This document shows, piece by piece, positions 11,801-21,065 of a stretch of DNA of 64,000 nucleotides. This DNA comes from Bacteroidia bacterium (GTDB lineage Bacteria; Bacteroidota; Bacteroidia; Palsa-965). Position 1 is the stretch's first letter. Each line of letters opens with the position of its first letter. The notes beneath the pieces are model-generated. The model made no database searches, was not told where the DNA came from, and worked only from the letters and a program-made list of their open reading frames with translations. The stretch covers positions 46,570 to 110,569 of the forward strand of contig JALONL010000019.1 in the NCBI GenBank assembly GCA_025454955.1, in the 5' to 3' direction. The position numbers and the translations under genes are program-made.

Positions 11801-12067
11801 CTGGTACAGATGGAAATACACAAACCCCAGCGTATCGGGCGAATTGTTCCAGTAGGTAAGTTCCTGCGAGGCATTGATAATATCGGTGGCTTCGTCCACC
11901 AACGCTTTTATACGGTAATGCACATCCTGCTGCCAGTAGCCGGGATAGGGAGCCCGGTTTTTCCAGTAATTGGGATTTGAACGTGAACGGTAGGGAATAT
12001 CAGCATACTGAGCTGAGGCGGTGGTTGTGATGAGCAACAACAACGCGGCGAAAATTCGCTGAAGCAT
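8873..12067 (-). CDS. M1 family metallopeptidase with a probable C-terminal outer-membrane beta-barrel
   Basis: GMEYP and HEIGH-x18-E zinc motif; signal peptide; beta-strand-rich C-terminal third ending in ...WVVGVSRAF. Confidence 0.85.
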   Translation of the reverse strand: MLQRIFAALLLLITTTASAQYADIPYRSRSNPNYWKNRAPYPGYWQQDVHYRIKALVDEATDIINASQELTYWNNSPDTLGFVYFHLYQNAFQPGSYTDDLHRNNDFNVRYGKYEKQGLGTTVSNIKVDGQDVRVELDNTIMKVWLPKPLRPGFAVRFTLDFKTYFDNGGTIRRRMKMYQEFGYKHYDGVHWYPRISVYDRKAGWDTDQHLTREFYGDFGVYDVELTFPNHYVMDATGELVNEAEVLPAELRQKLDISNFAKKPWGTQPSTVIASDGSSKTWKFHAENVHDFAWTADPSYRIGEVKWNGIRCIALAQEQHCSGWQDAAAFTAKVIEVYSTDFGMYAYPKMIVADARDGMEYPMLTLDGGRAPDYYDLIAHEIGHNWFFGMVGSNETYRAMLDEGFTQFLTAWSYRKIKGDVRLQYPYRSKYAERFREPDMVMESECMLPYTIDAVRGEEAVLETHSDHFGGALRHGGGYRQVYMKTATMLYNLQYVLGDELFLKAMQHYFNQWKFAHPYVEDFRNSVIQYTHVDLNWFFDQWLNTSKTIDYGVDKIKRGDSASTYIITFRRHGMQMPLDFTVRSNEGKEYNYHIPNTWFVKQTTATVLPRWIGWDNIQKTYDAEVVIPSGIAEVFIDTTHRMADVNMLNNSSKLPVDFRFDSKIYNQPSRLNYALRARPDVWYNGYDGVKAGFYLGGDYLNTKHIFDLLFHYNTGIGQSQLPEGAEFNLYDQFSVQLNYRTPLPKMVKNASFFFTGRHLDGLNLVNTGLEFQSRNLKHKLTVSFKMMHRADSSDLNYLVYRNEWTPDRFNNSINLGYEHPYNYKRGTGLIQFNLRSTALGSDYDYQYAQLNVVNKNDLGKININTRLFAQAGTGLNWAKESMLYLAGANPEQLMENKYTRSMGFFPVTWAEFGDDINHFHAGGGLGLRGYAGYVVPQFDWYGDLRRVYRGTTGAAFNMELEFHELFGFIGRAMPRVRSVVGMQSYLFGDVGAINFNNGDEPLAMSDFRADAGVGFALTVKRFPPLQIVKPLTLRIDFPLFINRTPFISPDYVQLRWVVGVSRAF

Positions 12068-12305
12068 ACGCAGTTTCTTTTCGTGAAGTGGTATGCGGTA
12101 AAGATAAGGGATTTGGGGCACTGACAGATCAAAATGTGAGCAGTGGTATTTTGAAAAAATACTATTTCAAGTACAATTTCACAAAGAGATACTCAACTTC
12201 CCTGTATCATATTCTTAGAGGACAGATAATCGTTTTTTCTGCCGGATCAACGATCGAAATAAAAAGATGATCCAACATTTAGCAGTATGTTTTACCCGCA
12301 ACTCA

Positions 12306-14594
12306 TCACCTCACCACCGTCACCCTTCCCGTTCGTCTGCGCTCCGCCCCGTCGCACGCCGCCACATAATCAATCACATACACATACACATCTTCCTGCA
12401 CCAACGTATTTTTTATCCGGCCATCCCAGCCCGCAGCAAAATTATCGGTTTCAAAAATCATTTCGCCCCAGCGGTTGTAAATGCGCATATTCCACACTGT
12501 GATGCCGGTTCCTTCGGCTCGGAAAGTTTCGTTCAGCCCGTCGTTGTTGGGTGTAAACGAGTTGGGCAGATACACCGAGCCTTCGCCGGGCTGGCCCGAA
12601 ATGCTTATCGAATCGGTTGAAATGCAGGAGCCGGTGGTTACAGTAACCGCGTAAGTGCCGGGGGCAGTAATGGTAATTGTGGCGGTAGAATCGCCGGTGT
12701 TCCAGGCAAAATTGTTGCCTGCGCCGGCATTAAGCTGGAGGTTTATATTAGTGCAGAATGTGCCGCTGCTGCTGATGTTGGCCCGCGGGGCATCGGTAAT
12801 GCGTATGCTGTCGTTGCCGGAGCAGCCTGTCGAATCGGTTACTGTAACGCTGTATGTACCGGCATCGGTAACCGTTATCGACTGTGCTGCCGAGCCGTTC
12901 GACCACAGCACCTGATTCCACGGCCCGCCCGCGTTGAGTGTAAGTGCTGCGGGTGTGCAGCGTACCGTGTCGGCACCAAGATCGGGCACGGGCGAGGGGC
13001 TTACGGTAATTACCAGCGCCACCGTATCGCTTTGTGTGCCGCACGAAGTATCGGTGGCCACCAACTGTGCAATGTAGGTGCCCGCATTGGTGTATGTATG
13101 CGTGGGGGAGGCAATTACCGAAGTATTGCCATCGCCAAAATCCCACGCAAAAAAGCTGCCGCTGCCCGTGTTCTGGAAGTTTACCGTAAGCGGCGCACAG
13201 CCTGTAAGCGGCAATCCGCTGGCTGCGGCCAGTGGCTGGGGCGTAACGGGGCAGGCAGGATCAATTACATATTTCCACAAATCGTTGTAATTGGTAAACC
13301 CTTGCCCGTCTTTACCGCCAAAGAGCCAGAAATTTCCCGCAAGATCACGAAACGGCATCGACCCGAAACGACCGCCCGGATCGTTGGTGGCGGCTGGAAC
13401 ATTTTGTGTACCATGTACAGGAAGAATAATTGACTGCGCATTGTTTTGCCCGCGCACAATGGCCTGCTGCACCGGCACCGTGCTGATGTCGATCACCCAC
13501 ATATCGTTGCCCGGAATGCTGGGATTGGCCCCGCCGTAATACCAGAGCCGGTTGCAATCGTCGGTCCAGCACAGCGAGTTTTCGTTGCGTGCCGCGCCTG
13601 CATAACCGGTGGAAAACGTACACAGCGGCCCGGTATTCCCCGTACTGAAACTCACATTGCTGCCGCCCATCCATGTCCAGAGCAGTGTTACCGGATCAAA
13701 CATCCAAATGTCATTGGCATCGGCCACACCACCCAGCGAATATCCCCCGCTCATAATCCAGAACCGCCCGTTCTGATCTTTCCAATGCGCATACACCGTG
13801 CGGCCTCCCGGATTGTTGGAGGGAGCAGCCACGCCCAGCGTACCATAATTTACCGGAGGCGAAAATCCGCCCGTGCCGGCCATCCATGTCCAGGTGTTGG
13901 TGGCAATGTTGTAGCGCCACACATCGTCGAGGTTGTTCTGTATGTTGTTAAAACCGCCAAAAAGCCAGAGGTCGCCGTTGTTATCCACCCATCCCGCACG
14001 GCATTCATCGCGCGAGGGCGGTTCGTTAGAGGGCGAAGGCACACCAATTACGCCGAAGTTGCCTCCAAACGTGGTAATATTGGGTCCTTTCATCCAGGTC
14101 CAGGTATTGGTGGCAATATTATACCGCCACAAATCGGCGTTGCGGCCATCGGCAAAATTCACATCCAGTCCCGAACCGCCAAACATCCATAAATCGCCGC
14201 TGAGGTCAGTCCAGGCAATCATACCAAAACCACGTCCGGGCGGATGATTGGTGGGCGAAGGCACACCTTGTACCCCGTAACTCCCGTTGGCAGACAGCGC
14301 AGAAGTCATGCAGGTCCAGTTGCCTGTAGCCGGTTCGTACCGCCACATCGAAGCCGTGTACCCTCCGAAATTGTTGCACCCGCCGTACATCCAGAAATTC
14401 CCCTGCAAATCGGTCCAGGCTGCCGCTGCATACAAAGCCGGGGGGGCATTGGTGGGCGAGGGTACACCAAGGGTTCCAAAATTTCCCGAAGAGTTGGTTG
14501 TACTCTGTCCCTTAACCCACGTCCATATTCCGGGCTGTGCTTCTGCACGCACCAAAGCCAGTAACAGAAACACACACAAAAGTCTTACCTGCAT
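12306..14594 (-). CDS. T9SS type-B cargo with kelch/galactose-oxidase-like repeats and PKD domain
   Basis: Repeated 'W-D--G-LW-FGG...DxWRY---TNTWTWMxG' units, WDFGDG PKD motif, and CTD YLPNSFTPNNDGLN...VTVVR. Confidence 0.85.
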   Translation of the reverse strand: MQVRLLCVFLLLALVRAEAQPGIWTWVKGQSTTNSSGNFGTLGVPSPTNAPPALYAAAAWTDLQGNFWMYGGCNNFGGYTASMWRYEPATGNWTCMTSALSANGSYGVQGVPSPTNHPPGRGFGMIAWTDLSGDLWMFGGSGLDVNFADGRNADLWRYNIATNTWTWMKGPNITTFGGNFGVIGVPSPSNEPPSRDECRAGWVDNNGDLWLFGGFNNIQNNLDDVWRYNIATNTWTWMAGTGGFSPPVNYGTLGVAAPSNNPGGRTVYAHWKDQNGRFWIMSGGYSLGGVADANDIWMFDPVTLLWTWMGGSNVSFSTGNTGPLCTFSTGYAGAARNENSLCWTDDCNRLWYYGGANPSIPGNDMWVIDISTVPVQQAIVRGQNNAQSIILPVHGTQNVPAATNDPGGRFGSMPFRDLAGNFWLFGGKDGQGFTNYNDLWKYVIDPACPVTPQPLAAASGLPLTGCAPLTVNFQNTGSGSFFAWDFGDGNTSVIASPTHTYTNAGTYIAQLVATDTSCGTQSDTVALVITVSPSPVPDLGADTVRCTPAALTLNAGGPWNQVLWSNGSAAQSITVTDAGTYSVTVTDSTGCSGNDSIRITDAPRANISSSGTFCTNINLQLNAGAGNNFAWNTGDSTATITITAPGTYAVTVTTGSCISTDSISISGQPGEGSVYLPNSFTPNNDGLNETFRAEGTGITVWNMRIYNRWGEMIFETDNFAAGWDGRIKNTLVQEDVYVYVIDYVAACDGAERRRTGRVTVVR

Positions 14595-14805
14595 ACAGGT
14601 TCATTAACAAACAAAAAAGTATTTGGTTGTCCCTCTGGCGTTCATTGCCAATAGCAGAGATAATTTTAATGTTCAGGTAAAAAGTTGCCTCAGCCAGACT
14701 AAACATCAATGCAGTACAAGAAATTGCCCACATCGGCCACAAAAAAGCATGATTGAAAATCAGGCCGGTGAATAGCCTGCCTTAGATGTGTTACAGAAAC
14801 GGCGG

Positions 14806-15492
14806 TTAAAAAAATCCCTGCAAACTCTGATCCAGTTCCTCTTCCGAAATCATCTTGTATTCGGCAGGCACTGTAAACACGGTAGAGTCAATTTGTGCGC
14901 GGGCTACGCTTTGGGCCGTAAAATGAAGTTCCAGACCAAATTTGCGCAGGCTGTAGTCCATCAGTACACCATCAATTTTGTAAAATGCGTTGCTCCAGTT
15001 GGGCGAGCTTACCTGAAGGTCGTGTGTGTACCACACTTCCATGTCGGGACTTTTGTCGGCAAATTTCAGGATGGCTTTTTGACAGTTGTAACCGGCAATT
15101 TTTTTGGTTTCCTTAGTTTCGGTTACCGTGTAATCGGGAAGATAATAATTGCGAAGCCTGATGGCTGACGAATCCAGCACGGCTGCTTTTTTATCTAAAA
15201 AGCTTACCATGTTGGTAAACGTTTTTTTATTCGGATCCGATAAAAACGCAATGTGCATGGCACCCACACCGGCATCAAGTTCGGCAAGCGTATAGTTCTT
15301 GCGGAATTTCACCGTCATTTTATCAGGAAACATCATAGACATGGACGATTTCGGATTAACCGGAGTAGCCTTGTATTCAATTACTCCTTCCGAAATTTTT
15401 TCCGTGGTAGCCTTTTCACCACAAGCCGACAATACAAACACAATAACCAGTGCAGAAATGCGAATCATATTACTTGATAAGCGGGCGTACAT
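14806..15492 (-). CDS. lipoprotein of GLPGLI/DUF4412-like type
   Basis: Lipobox LSAC and ETKKIAGYNCQKA...EVWYT motif. Start is uncertain (15492 or 15468). Confidence 0.6.
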   Translation of the reverse strand: MYARLSSNMIRISALVIVFVLSACGEKATTEKISEGVIEYKATPVNPKSSMSMMFPDKMTVKFRKNYTLAELDAGVGAMHIAFLSDPNKKTFTNMVSFLDKKAAVLDSSAIRLRNYYLPDYTVTETKETKKIAGYNCQKAILKFADKSPDMEVWYTHDLQVSSPNWSNAFYKIDGVLMDYSLRKFGLELHFTAQSVARAQIDSTVFTVPAEYKMISEEELDQSLQGFF

Positions 15493-15625
15493 TCGTAAGG
15501 GTCGGTCAGGGTGTTTAGTTGCAGCAAGGTAACCATAAATTTTTATATTGCAAGAAACGCCCATTAATATCCTGATTAGCTCCCCGATAAAAAGTAATTG
15601 TCGCCACACAGAAAAAAATATCGCC

Positions 15626-16177
15626 ATGCCCGGTAATCAGCTTGTGTATAATCTCTCCACCCGCATATTCGGCCGGGCAGCCTTTGTTACCGGTGTAATT
15701 TCGGTATTGAGCGGAGCGGCAGCGGTAATTACACCACAGGCTTCTCTTTTTTATATAATTGTTCCGGTGGTATTTTCAGTCATTTTCCTTTTCAGCATTT
15801 ACATGCTTTTAAGGAAAAAACCAATACTGGTTCTTACCGAATCGGGCATTACCTCTTCAACTGCCTCTAAATCTGAAATCCCGTGGGAGAACATCCGCGC
15901 AATTCAGGTTGTGGAAATCCGCAAACAGCAGTTGCTTTGCATTACAGTGGACAGCGCAGTAATAAACCGCCTCTCACTTACACCTTTTCTGGAAAAAAGG
16001 AGGCAGTGGATTATTTCCACACTCGGACTTACATTGCACCAAAACTCTGATTATGTGTTTGCCGCCATCAGCAATTTATCCGCGTCACCCGAACAAATAA
16101 CCGCCACAATAAAAAATCTTGCGCAGTTGAGCAGAGACGAACGTGTGCGCAACCTGAAAGCACTCGGCGTAAAATAA
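15626..16177 (+). CDS. hypothetical membrane protein (two TM helices plus PH-like domain, STM3941-like)
   Basis: Two N-terminal hydrophobic helices followed by PILVLTESGI...IPWENI. Confidence 0.55.
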   Translation: MPGNQLVYNLSTRIFGRAAFVTGVISVLSGAAAVITPQASLFYIIVPVVFSVIFLFSIYMLLRKKPILVLTESGITSSTASKSEIPWENIRAIQVVEIRKQQLLCITVDSAVINRLSLTPFLEKRRQWIISTLGLTLHQNSDYVFAAISNLSASPEQITATIKNLAQLSRDERVRNLKALGVK

Positions 16178-16206
16178 CACACCCGCCTGTTGCGGAGGCG
16201 GGTGTG
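16178..16206. terminator. hairpin between convergent genes
   Basis: CACACCCGCCT / AGGCGGGTGTG inverted repeat. Confidence 0.6.
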
Positions 16207-16211
16207 AGAAA

Positions 16212-17609
16212 TTAATAACCAAGTGTTTTAAGCATCGACTTGTAACTCTGTTCCTTGGCAAACAGGCGGGTCACAATTTCGCCGTCTTCGTCGCGGTCTA
16301 TGAGTACGTGCTTGGGTGCGGGAATAAGGCAATGCTGTATGCCCCCATATCCGCCCAGCGATTCCTGATAGGCACCCGTGTGGAAGAAACCAATGTACTG
16401 CGTACCTTTTTCTTTGGGATCCACCTTGGGCAAAAACACGTTGTTGGCGTGCGCCTCGGTATTGTAATAGTCCATACTGTCGCAGGTAATGCCGCCTAAG
16501 TTTACAGGCTGATATTCGCGCTCCCAGTTGTTTATGGCCAGCAGGATGAAACGCTGGTTAATGCCCCAGGTATCGGGCAGAGTGGTAATAAACGAACTGT
16601 CTATCATGTACCAGAGTTCGCGGTCGTTTTGCAGCTTCTGGTCAATGATGGAGTAAAGCGCTGCACCGCTCTCGCTCACTGTAAACGAACCGAATTCGGT
16701 GAAAATATTGGGCTCGGCAATCTCGTTGTTTTCGCAGTAGTTTTTTATCTGACTGATGATTTCTTCAATCATATACTCATAGTCGTACTCAAAACTCAGC
16801 GAGTTTTTGATAGGCATACCTCCGCCAATGTTCAGCGAATCAAGCGTGGGGCAGATGCGTTTCAGATCGAGATAAACCTTGAGGCATTTGGCCAGTTCAG
16901 TCCAGTAATAGATGGTATCTTTTATTCCGGTGTTGATGAAGAAGTGAAGCATCTTCAGTTCAAACTTCGGATTGGTGGCAATTTTTTCCTTGTAGAAATC
17001 CACAATATCCACATGGCGAATGCCCAGACGCGAAGTATAGAACTGGAAATTGGGTTCTTCTTCGGAGGCAATGCGAATGCCAACCTTTTGTTTGGGAGCC
17101 TTCACATGTTTGGCGTAGTAATCAATCTCCGATTTATGGTCGAGAATGGGAATGGTATTGTAACCTTCGTTGGAAAGGTCGGTAATCAAACGCAGGTACT
17201 CATCGCGCTTGTAGCCGTTGCTTACAATGTATTTATTCTTATCAATTTTACCTTCTCTTATTAACTGCCGGATAATATGGATGTCATACGTTGACGAAGT
17301 TTCGATATGTACATCGTTTTTCAGCACTTCGTCGAGCACAAACGAAAAATGTGAGCTTTTGGTGCAGTAACAGTAGGTATAGTTACCTTTGTAATCTACC
17401 TTCGCCATAGCTACATTGAAGAGGCGTTTGGCCTTTTGAATCTGTTGCCCTATCTTGGGAAGGTAGGTAATCTTTAACGGTGTTCCGTATTTCTTGATGA
17501 TGTCCATCAATGGAATATCGTTGAAATACAGTTCGTTGTCTGTTACATGAAACCCTTCCTGCGGAAAGTTGAACGTTTGTGCGATCAGGTTTTGATAGGT
17601 GTTTTCCAT
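16212..17609 (-). CDS. speA: arginine decarboxylase (Bacteroidota short type, PLP fold III)
   Basis: YCYCTKSSHF (PLP lysine), LNIGGG, FTEFG, TCDSMDYY and GAYQESLGGYGGIQHCL. Confidence 0.85.
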   Translation of the reverse strand: MENTYQNLIAQTFNFPQEGFHVTDNELYFNDIPLMDIIKKYGTPLKITYLPKIGQQIQKAKRLFNVAMAKVDYKGNYTYCYCTKSSHFSFVLDEVLKNDVHIETSSTYDIHIIRQLIREGKIDKNKYIVSNGYKRDEYLRLITDLSNEGYNTIPILDHKSEIDYYAKHVKAPKQKVGIRIASEEEPNFQFYTSRLGIRHVDIVDFYKEKIATNPKFELKMLHFFINTGIKDTIYYWTELAKCLKVYLDLKRICPTLDSLNIGGGMPIKNSLSFEYDYEYMIEEIISQIKNYCENNEIAEPNIFTEFGSFTVSESGAALYSIIDQKLQNDRELWYMIDSSFITTLPDTWGINQRFILLAINNWEREYQPVNLGGITCDSMDYYNTEAHANNVFLPKVDPKEKGTQYIGFFHTGAYQESLGGYGGIQHCLIPAPKHVLIDRDEDGEIVTRLFAKEQSYKSMLKTLGY

Positions 17610-17711
17610 TTGTTACAGGTAAACAGAATGTAAAGTAAGTGAGTTGGATTACTCTTTCGGGTGTAAATGTAAGTAACCCGGATGAGTCAGTATCAAATAA
17701 ATTGCCAAAAT

Positions 17712-18668
17712 ATGAGATCTGTCAAAAAAGTTAAGTTTATCGAGATTAAATCCGAAATCGGAGCCGGAACCCGCGGGGCGAGCCTTGGGCCTGATGCCAT
17801 TAAAATTGCTGCGCTGGATATGGTGAGCAATATTTTCAATGAGCACGAATCAGTAGAGGTGAAAAACGAAAACCAAATGCTGTTCGGCCCTCCGGGAAGC
17901 ATTTTTGCCCGTCGTATTAAAGGTCTTATTGCTATCTACGAACGGCTTTCGGGCGAAGTGGCCAAAGCCATAAAAGGCAATTTCTTTCCCATTGTGCTTG
18001 CCGGCGATCACAGCACCGCCGCCGGAACCATTGCCGGTGTGCGCCTCGGCCTGCCACCCAAAAATACCCGCATCGGCGTAATCTGGATTGATGCCCACGC
18101 CGATCTTCATTCGCCCTACACCACCCCTTCGGGCAATATGCACGGTATGCCGCTTGCCGTGGCTTTGGGCGAAGACAACAAGAGCAACCAGATAAATAAG
18201 GTGGACAAAGAAACCATCGACCTCTGGAACAAACTCAAAAGCATTGGAGGCAACGGGGCCAATGTGCGCTACGAAGACCTCGTGTACATAGCAGTGCGCG
18301 ATGTGGAACCGGAAGAAACGGCTCTCATCCGTAGCAAGAAAATCAAGCTCTTCAGTACCGATGAAATCCGCCTGAACGGTGTGGAACGCATTGCCCGCGA
18401 TACACTGGCTTACCTCAAAGCCTGTTCACATATTTATATATCATTCGATGTGGACAGTATGGACTCCAACATTTCACGCGGAACAGGTACACCTGTACCG
18501 CACGGCATAACTGAGAAAGAAGCCGGATCGCTGCTGGTTCGCCTGGTGCAGAACGAGAAAGTAGTATGCCTGGAGGTAACCGAAGTAAATCCGACCCTTG
18601 ATAAGGAGAACCTTATGGCGGAGAATACCTTTGAAATACTTCAGAAGGTAATTGGTCAGTTTACCTGA
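17712..18668 (+). CDS. rocF: arginase
   Basis: GDHS, IWIDAHADL, SGNMHGMP, SFDVDS and EVNP motifs. Confidence 0.9.
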   Translation: MRSVKKVKFIEIKSEIGAGTRGASLGPDAIKIAALDMVSNIFNEHESVEVKNENQMLFGPPGSIFARRIKGLIAIYERLSGEVAKAIKGNFFPIVLAGDHSTAAGTIAGVRLGLPPKNTRIGVIWIDAHADLHSPYTTPSGNMHGMPLAVALGEDNKSNQINKVDKETIDLWNKLKSIGGNGANVRYEDLVYIAVRDVEPEETALIRSKKIKLFSTDEIRLNGVERIARDTLAYLKACSHIYISFDVDSMDSNISRGTGTPVPHGITEKEAGSLLVRLVQNEKVVCLEVTEVNPTLDKENLMAENTFEILQKVIGQFT

Positions 18669-18710
18669 TTACATTTGCATCCGCATTTATCCAATTACGT
18701 TCAAACCAGT

Positions 18711-20501
18711 ATGCTTACTACCGAAGATTTGCTCCGCGCCCCAGTAGCCGCTGCCGTGGCCGAATTGTTTTCTGCCGATATCCAGCCCGGGTCGGTTACC
18801 TTTCAGCGCACCAATCCGGCGTTTGAAGGCGATGTGACGCTGGTGGTATTTCCTTACGTAAAACTCGCCGGCAAAGGGCCCGAGCAAACCGCCCAGCTCA
18901 TTGGCGAACACCTGCAGGCCAAACTTCCCGAAGTAGCCCGCTTTAACGTGGTAAAAGGCTTCCTCAATCTGGTTATTGCCGACGATTTCTGGAACCGCCA
19001 GTTTACCACACTGTCCTCCGAACCGGCATACGGCCACAAACCCGTAACCAACACCAGCCCGATGGTAATGGTCGAATACAGTTCGCCCAATACCAACAAA
19101 CCGCTGCACCTGGGCCATGTGCGCAACAACCTGCTTGGTTTTTCGGTAAGCGAAATACTTAAAGCAGCCGGTTACCGGGTGGTAATGGTAAATCTGGTAA
19201 ACGACCGCGGCATCCACATTTGCAAAAGCATGTATGCCTGGCAGCAACTGGGCAACGGCGAAACACCTGAGAGCAGCGGAATAAAAGGCGATCACCTCGT
19301 AGGTAAATACTACGTGGAGTTCGATAAACTCTACAAAGAACAGGTAAAACTGGCCGTGGCCGCCGGTCAAACCGAAGAGGAAGCCGGCAAAACCGTACCC
19401 GCCATGCTGGCCATACAGGAAATGCTCCGCAAATGGGAGGCAGGCGATGAAGAAGTAATTGCACTCTGGAAAATGATGAACGGCTGGGTGTACGACGGGT
19501 TCAACACCACGTACAAAAAACTCGGCGTTTCGTTCGATAAGATTTACTACGAATCAAACACCTACCTGCTTGGCAAAAGCATAGTAGAAGACGGCCTGAA
19601 CAAAGGTGTATTGCTCAAACGCCCCGACGGCGCCGTAATCATCGACCTCACACCCGACGGGCTCGACCAGAAAGTATTGCTCCGCAGCGACGGTACTTCG
19701 GTGTATATGACACAGGACCTGGGCACTGCCGCCGAGCGTCATAACGAGTTTCCGTTCGAAAAACTCGTTTACGTGGTGGGCAACGAGCAGGAGTACCATT
19801 TCAAAGTACTCAAGCTGGCGCTGGCCAAACTCGGCTATGCGTGGGCCGACGGACTCTACCATCTTTCCTACGGCATGGTAGAACTGCCTCACGGCAAAAT
19901 GAAATCGCGCGAGGGCACAGTGGTGGATGCCGACGATCTGATCCAACTCATGGAAGACGACGCGCAGAAACTGGCCGAAGACCGCGGACTCATTGCCGAC
20001 ATGAGCAGTGAGGCCAAAGCCACGCTGTATCATCAGGTAGGCATGGCCGCGCTCAAGTATTTCATCCTCAAAGTCGATCCGAGAAAGAAGATGCTTTTCA
20101 ATCCCGAAGAAAGCATCGATCTGCAGGGAAATACCGGTCCGTTTATCCAATACACCTACGCCCGCATCCGTTCCATGCTGCGCAAAGCAGGAGTAGCCGA
20201 CAGTCTGCCCGGTTTCACCACCCCCGCGCAGCTTCACGAAAAAGAAAAGGCGCTCATCAAGCACCTGCACCAATACCCCGCCATCGTGCAGGAAGCCGCA
20301 GCCACCTACAACCCCGCCGTGGTAGCGCAATACACCTACGACCTGGCCAAAACCTACAACCAGTTCTACGATGCCTGTCCGGTAATGAAAGCCGAAAGCG
20401 ACACGCTCAAACACTTCCGCCTCAATCTATCCGCCTGCGTAGCACGCACAGTGAAGGAGTCGCTCCGCCTGCTCGGCATCGAGGCTCCGGAGCAGATGTA
20501 G
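18711..20501 (+). CDS. argS: arginine--tRNA ligase
   Basis: VEYSSPNTNKPLHLGH (HIGH motif), KMKSREG and GNTGPFIQYTYARI; TACATTTG -7 box at 18670-18677. Confidence 0.97.
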   Translation: MLTTEDLLRAPVAAAVAELFSADIQPGSVTFQRTNPAFEGDVTLVVFPYVKLAGKGPEQTAQLIGEHLQAKLPEVARFNVVKGFLNLVIADDFWNRQFTTLSSEPAYGHKPVTNTSPMVMVEYSSPNTNKPLHLGHVRNNLLGFSVSEILKAAGYRVVMVNLVNDRGIHICKSMYAWQQLGNGETPESSGIKGDHLVGKYYVEFDKLYKEQVKLAVAAGQTEEEAGKTVPAMLAIQEMLRKWEAGDEEVIALWKMMNGWVYDGFNTTYKKLGVSFDKIYYESNTYLLGKSIVEDGLNKGVLLKRPDGAVIIDLTPDGLDQKVLLRSDGTSVYMTQDLGTAAERHNEFPFEKLVYVVGNEQEYHFKVLKLALAKLGYAWADGLYHLSYGMVELPHGKMKSREGTVVDADDLIQLMEDDAQKLAEDRGLIADMSSEAKATLYHQVGMAALKYFILKVDPRKKMLFNPEESIDLQGNTGPFIQYTYARIRSMLRKAGVADSLPGFTTPAQLHEKEKALIKHLHQYPAIVQEAAATYNPAVVAQYTYDLAKTYNQFYDACPVMKAESDTLKHFRLNLSACVARTVKESLRLLGIEAPEQM

Positions 20502-20507
20502 GTGTTG

Positions 20508-20794
20508 GCGTCCTCGTGGGGCGCATCATCCTCTCATCGGAGTGCAGCTGGGTGCCGGCGTCCTCGCGGGGCGCGACCCTTCTCATCTATGCATACCACT
20601 GAGCCTCGCGCATGGTACATGCGTCCTCGTGGGGCGCGTCATCCCCTCCTCGGTGTGCATCCGGGTGCCGGCGTCCTCGCGGGGCGCGACCCTTCTCATC
20701 TATGCATACCACTGAGCCTCGCGCATGGTACATGCATCCTCGTGGGGCGCGTCATCCCCTCCTCGGTGAGCATCTGGGTGCCAGCGTCCTCGCG
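20508..20794. repeat. 113-bp tandem repeat (~2.5 copies) built from REP-like 17-nt palindromes
   Basis: Units start at 20508, 20621 and 20734. GCGTCCTCG(T/C)GGGGCGC-like palindromes at 20508, 20558, 20621, 20671, 20734 and, truncated, 20784. Confidence 0.92.
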
Positions 20795-20795
20795 C

Positions 20796-21042
20796 CCCAG
20801 CCCACGAGCCCAGCCCACGAGCCCAGCCCACGAGCCCTGCCCACGAGCCCAGCCCACGAGCCCTGCCCACGAGCCCAGCCCACGCGCCTAACCCGCCAGC
20901 CCAGCCCACCAGCGTAGCCCACGAGTATAGCTCACCAGCCCCGCCCACCAGCATAGCCCGTCAGCATAGCCCACCAGCCCAGCCCACCAGCGTAGCCCAC
21001 GAGTATAGCTCACCAGCCCAGCCCACCAGCATAGCCCACAAA
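20796..21042. repeat. 13-bp minisatellite, 19 units, consensus CCCAGCCCACSAG
   Basis: Units counted in register from 20796 to 21042; 78-bp higher-order duplication in the distal half. Confidence 0.93.
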
Positions 21043-21065
21043 CATCTCACCCGCGCAAAGCACAC

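Noticed and set aside
20502-20954. ORFs of 84-129 aa over the repeat array
   Set aside because: They are translations of 113-bp and 13-bp units that are not multiples of 3; no coherent protein.
20508-21042. CRISPR array interpretation of the palindrome-spacer pattern
   Set aside because: The repeats are only 17 nt, the spacers are themselves repeated copies, and no cas genes are in the window.
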